Source: Thainema sp.
Lineage (GTDB): Bacteria; Cyanobacteriota; Cyanobacteriia; Phormidesmidales; Phormidesmidaceae
Direction of reading: 5' to 3'
Assembly: GCA_052168235.1 (NCBI GenBank)
Contig: JBQLZK010000119.1
Location: forward strand, 1 to 11,131
DNA: 11,131 nt
Shown here: one piece after another, positions 8,486-11,131 of the stretch
Layout of the letters: every line of letters begins with the position of its first letter
Position numbering within the stretch: position 1 is the stretch's first letter
Translations under genes and position numbers: made by a program
The notes under the pieces: model-generated
What the model saw: only the letters and a program-made list of their open reading frames with translations
What the model was told of the DNA's origin: nothing
Database searches by the model: none

Positions 8486-8872
8486 ATGTCTCAGCACACT
8501 TTGTTTGTTTGCACTTCCTGTGCCTTTGCCACTGGTCAACGAGAGTACCTGGGACAGCGGGGTGGACATCACTTGTGGCAGAGGTTGGTGCAATGTCAGC
8601 AACAAGGGCAGCTGCTGCCAACTGTTAGGGTGCAACCGGTGGAGTGCCTTAGTGCTTGCAATCGGTTCTGCGCGATCGCGATTACCTCTCCTGAGAAGAC
8701 AACCCTCATGTTTGGCGATTTGCCCGCTCTCGACAGCGCGACTGCCATTGTCCAGTTGGCAACTCAGTATGCTGCCAGCCGCGATGGAATGATCCCTCGT
8801 AGAGACCGTCCCGCTCTGTTGCAAAAAGGAATTCTTGCTCGTATTCCGCCCGTGCTGCCTGCCCAACCCTGA
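8486..8872 (+). CDS. DUF1636 (COG5469) predicted metal-binding protein
   Basis: LFVCTSC, VQPVECLSACNRFCAIA, K..LMFGDL and the C-terminal RP..L..GILARIPP pattern. Confidence 0.88.
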   Translation: MSQHTLFVCTSCAFATGQREYLGQRGGHHLWQRLVQCQQQGQLLPTVRVQPVECLSACNRFCAIAITSPEKTTLMFGDLPALDSATAIVQLATQYAASRDGMIPRRDRPALLQKGILARIPPVLPAQP

Positions 8873-8916
8873 GCAATGTTTTCTGAAGCGTTCATCCCGT
8901 TAGTTCAGGCTGTCCT

Positions 8917-10029
8917 ATGTTCTCTCTCAAGCCCCTGGTAGAACTCCAGGTTCACCGATCGCTATCGGAGTACATTACCGCCCTAGTCTGGTCGCCAGTC
9001 GGGGATACGTTAGCGATCGCCTCCGGAGCCGGGGAGGTGATGTTGTGGCAAGAAGACTGTCAAGAAACCGTACTTCAAATGGCCAGTGATGCTTCCATTG
9101 ACGCCTTGGGATTTTCTGGGGAGGGGGATTGGTTGGCGGCAGCCGGGCAGGCCGGTGAGGTGATGATCTGGCGGGTATCTGCCGACTCGCCTGAGCAGGT
9201 AGAAACGCTGACCTGGGGGTCAGCCTGGATTGATCGCCTGCGGTGGCACCCCCATCAACCCTGGCTGACCTATAACTGTGGCAGGGCCGTTCATATTTGG
9301 GATGCCGAGCAGGGTAAAACTCTGGCCACTCTGGAGCTGCCTGCCAGTGTGCAGGATCTGAGCTGGGCTCCCGATGGTACTCACCTGGCGGTGTCGGCTC
9401 AAAAACAGGTTTATATTTGGGATGCGTCTCGCTGGAGATCTCCTCGATACGAGTGGGAACTGATGGCGGCTAGTCGAGTCCTAAAGTGGTCTCCAGAGGG
9501 AGCCTATCTGGCGTCGGCGAATCAGGATAACAGCGTTGGCGTCCTCACCTGGAACAACGTCCGTGCCCTGAAGCAATCTCCCGATAAATCAGGAGATTTG
9601 CCCGTTCTGCTGGCGGGGTTGCCAGGCAAGGTGCGGCAACTTGCCTGGGCCGATATTCCCGATGCCGAACGCTCCCCCATCTTGGCAACCGCCACGCGGG
9701 ATCTGGTTGTCATGTGGATGCTGATTCCTGAGGAGGGGTGGCAGAGTTGGTTGCTGGATTTACATCAAGACACCGTTCTGGATGTAGCCTTTCAACCCCG
9801 AACCGGGTTACTGGCCTCTCTATCAGAGGATGGCTGGATTCTGCTGTGGCAGGCGGCTGTAGAACCGGCTCAAGTGCTGGAAGGGGCCTACGGTGGCTTT
9901 TCCTGTTTGACCTGGCATTCAACCGGGGAGTACCTGGCGGCGGGTGGTCAGCAAGGTGAAGTGCTGGTGTGGGCGCTCTGCCCCGACGCCAAACAGCGGC
10001 TTTTTCTGCAACTGGAGGGGCTATCGTGA
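8917..10029 (+). CDS. WD40-repeat (beta-propeller) protein
   Basis: About 7-8 repeats of the type xxWSPxGxxLAxxxxxxxVxxW (WSPVGDTLA, FSGEGDWLA, WAPDGTHLA, WSPEGAYLA, FQPRTGLLA, WHSTGEYLA). Confidence 0.93.
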   Translation: MFSLKPLVELQVHRSLSEYITALVWSPVGDTLAIASGAGEVMLWQEDCQETVLQMASDASIDALGFSGEGDWLAAAGQAGEVMIWRVSADSPEQVETLTWGSAWIDRLRWHPHQPWLTYNCGRAVHIWDAEQGKTLATLELPASVQDLSWAPDGTHLAVSAQKQVYIWDASRWRSPRYEWELMAASRVLKWSPEGAYLASANQDNSVGVLTWNNVRALKQSPDKSGDLPVLLAGLPGKVRQLAWADIPDAERSPILATATRDLVVMWMLIPEEGWQSWLLDLHQDTVLDVAFQPRTGLLASLSEDGWILLWQAAVEPAQVLEGAYGGFSCLTWHSTGEYLAAGGQQGEVLVWALCPDAKQRLFLQLEGLS

Positions 10030-10553
10030 GTCTAGGTTCTCTCTTGCCCGCGTTCGGCGAGACTATTCGTTGCCCCTGTTGCCATCGCTCTATTCCAGCA
10101 CTGGTGTTGACAGATGCTTATCTCTGCCCCCGCCACGGTCCGTTTGAAGTTGCTCCTGCTGAGGATGGCATTATCCATCTCGACTCAAGACGGCACTGGC
10201 GGTGCTGGCAGGGCCAATGGTATCGCCAGCACCAGCAGATTGAGAGTTTACGGACCGAGATTTTTGCGGCACTAGATCATCTCCACCATCAGGGGTTTCA
10301 TGCAACTGGGATAACCCTGGCCCAGCGATATCGAGCGTTGGTGACCCCTTATCTAGAATCGCGGTCGGATTGGTTTCGCCAGATTTACTACAGCAAGCTG
10401 CGTTTATTTGGTTTGCCGGTCACCATTCAGCCCGATACCCAGACGGGGTCTCGATGGCAGGTTATCGCCTTTGAACTTGCCAAACAGCTTGGATCACCCA
10501 AAACCTATCGCTATTTCGTCTGTACTCGCATGAATGAGGACTTGAAGAAATGA
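10026..10553 (+). CDS. TIGR02652/DUF2396-like cyanobacterial protein with N-terminal zinc-ribbon-like motif
   Basis: FGETIRCPCCHRSIPALVLTDAYLCPRHGPFE...HL.S.RHWR.W.G.WYRQH pattern. GTG at 10026 overlaps the WD40 stop (GTGA), so it is preferred over the track start at 9969. Confidence 0.8.
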   Translation: MSLGSLLPAFGETIRCPCCHRSIPALVLTDAYLCPRHGPFEVAPAEDGIIHLDSRRHWRCWQGQWYRQHQQIESLRTEIFAALDHLHHQGFHATGITLAQRYRALVTPYLESRSDWFRQIYYSKLRLFGLPVTIQPDTQTGSRWQVIAFELAKQLGSPKTYRYFVCTRMNEDLKK

Positions 10554-10644
10554 GGCACGGCATGGAAAGAGTAGCCAAAACCATGCTCATTCTCGCTGGT
10601 CCATCTCGTTCCAGTCGGTGACTTTTTGATAGGAGGACAACACT

Positions 10645-11094
10645 ATGGCTCCATTGCTCATTCTGGCTCATGTTGAGATGGCGAGCCGGTTAACAGCGTT
10701 GCTGAACGGGCAGTTTACGCCGATGGCGATCGCGGCAGGCGTAACGGCCGCCTTTGGCTTCGGTGCCGTTCATGCCCTGTCTCCAGGTCATGGCAAAACC
10801 CTGGTGGGGGCTTATCTGGTGGGCAGTCGGGGCACCCCACAGGCCGCTCTCTGGCTGGGGTTAACCACTACGGTGACTCATACCTTGACCGTTTTCATCT
10901 TGGGAGTGACCACCCTACTGGCCTCCCATTACGTTGATCTTGATCAGGTTTACCCGATATTGGGAGCTGCCAGCGGGGTGGCGATTTGCCTGGTGGGGCT
11001 CAATCTACTATCAGTGCGCTTGCGGTCTGCCCATCACCAGCACCACCATAGCCACGATCACCCCCCCCATCACCATGCAGGGCTGATTTATTGA
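10645..11094 (+). CDS. NicO/RcnA-type Ni/Co transporter, N-terminal half only, ending in a His-rich tail (possibly truncated)
   Basis: Strong AGGAGG RBS at 10631-10636. FGAVHALSPGHGKTLVGAYLVG motif, THT motif, three TM helices, then HHQHHHSHDHPPHHH and a stop. The second half with the GxxPC motif is missing. Confidence 0.8.
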   Translation: MAPLLILAHVEMASRLTALLNGQFTPMAIAAGVTAAFGFGAVHALSPGHGKTLVGAYLVGSRGTPQAALWLGLTTTVTHTLTVFILGVTTLLASHYVDLDQVYPILGAASGVAICLVGLNLLSVRLRSAHHQHHHSHDHPPHHHAGLIY

Positions 11095-11131
11095 TGAGAG
11101 AAAAAAGATAATGAGATAGGTAACCATTCTT

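Noticed and set aside
9969..10025. N-terminal extension of the TIGR02652-like ORF given in the track
   Set aside because: Overlaps the WD40 3' end; the GTG at 10026 gives a standard 4-nt overlap and starts near the family-like sequence.
8229..10671. Antisense and alternative ORFs across the DUF1636/WD40/TIGR02652-like genes
   Set aside because: No motifs or independent translation signals; they overlap better-supported genes.
10696..10706. GCGTTGCTGAA resembling the MITE terminus
   Set aside because: Lies in frame within coding sequence, with no partner end or duplication.

Overview
Cyanobacterial DNA: I count 14 copies of the HIP1 octamer GCGATCGC, plus an STRR-like heptamer run. The window looks like a zinc-starvation/metal-homeostasis island with its own Zur-like regulator. 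The central part has a cysteine-free (Zn-independent-type) hemB divergent from a Zur/FurB-type gene, and a truncated COG0523/CobW remnant divergent from a thrS2-like threonyl-tRNA synthetase. Both divergent gaps contain the identical 17-bp palindrome AGAATGATAATCATTCT (Fur/Zur-box-like). Downstream of thrS is a co-oriented run: a 63-aa hypothetical, a CxEPGCPP protein, DUF1636, a WD40 protein, a TIGR02652/DUF2396-like protein and a half-length His-tailed NicO/RcnA-type protein. The left part has two Opp/Nik-type ABC ATPases and an 80-bp hairpin MITE with an 8-bp target duplication. It also has a predicted secreted 76-aa peptide with a CxCxxC motif near its C-terminus, facing a DUF3299-NicO fusion whose loop carries the same CxCxxC spacing. 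This peptide/fusion pair is the best candidate for an undescribed metal-handling system. All family calls come from motif recognition by eye; no database searches were run.
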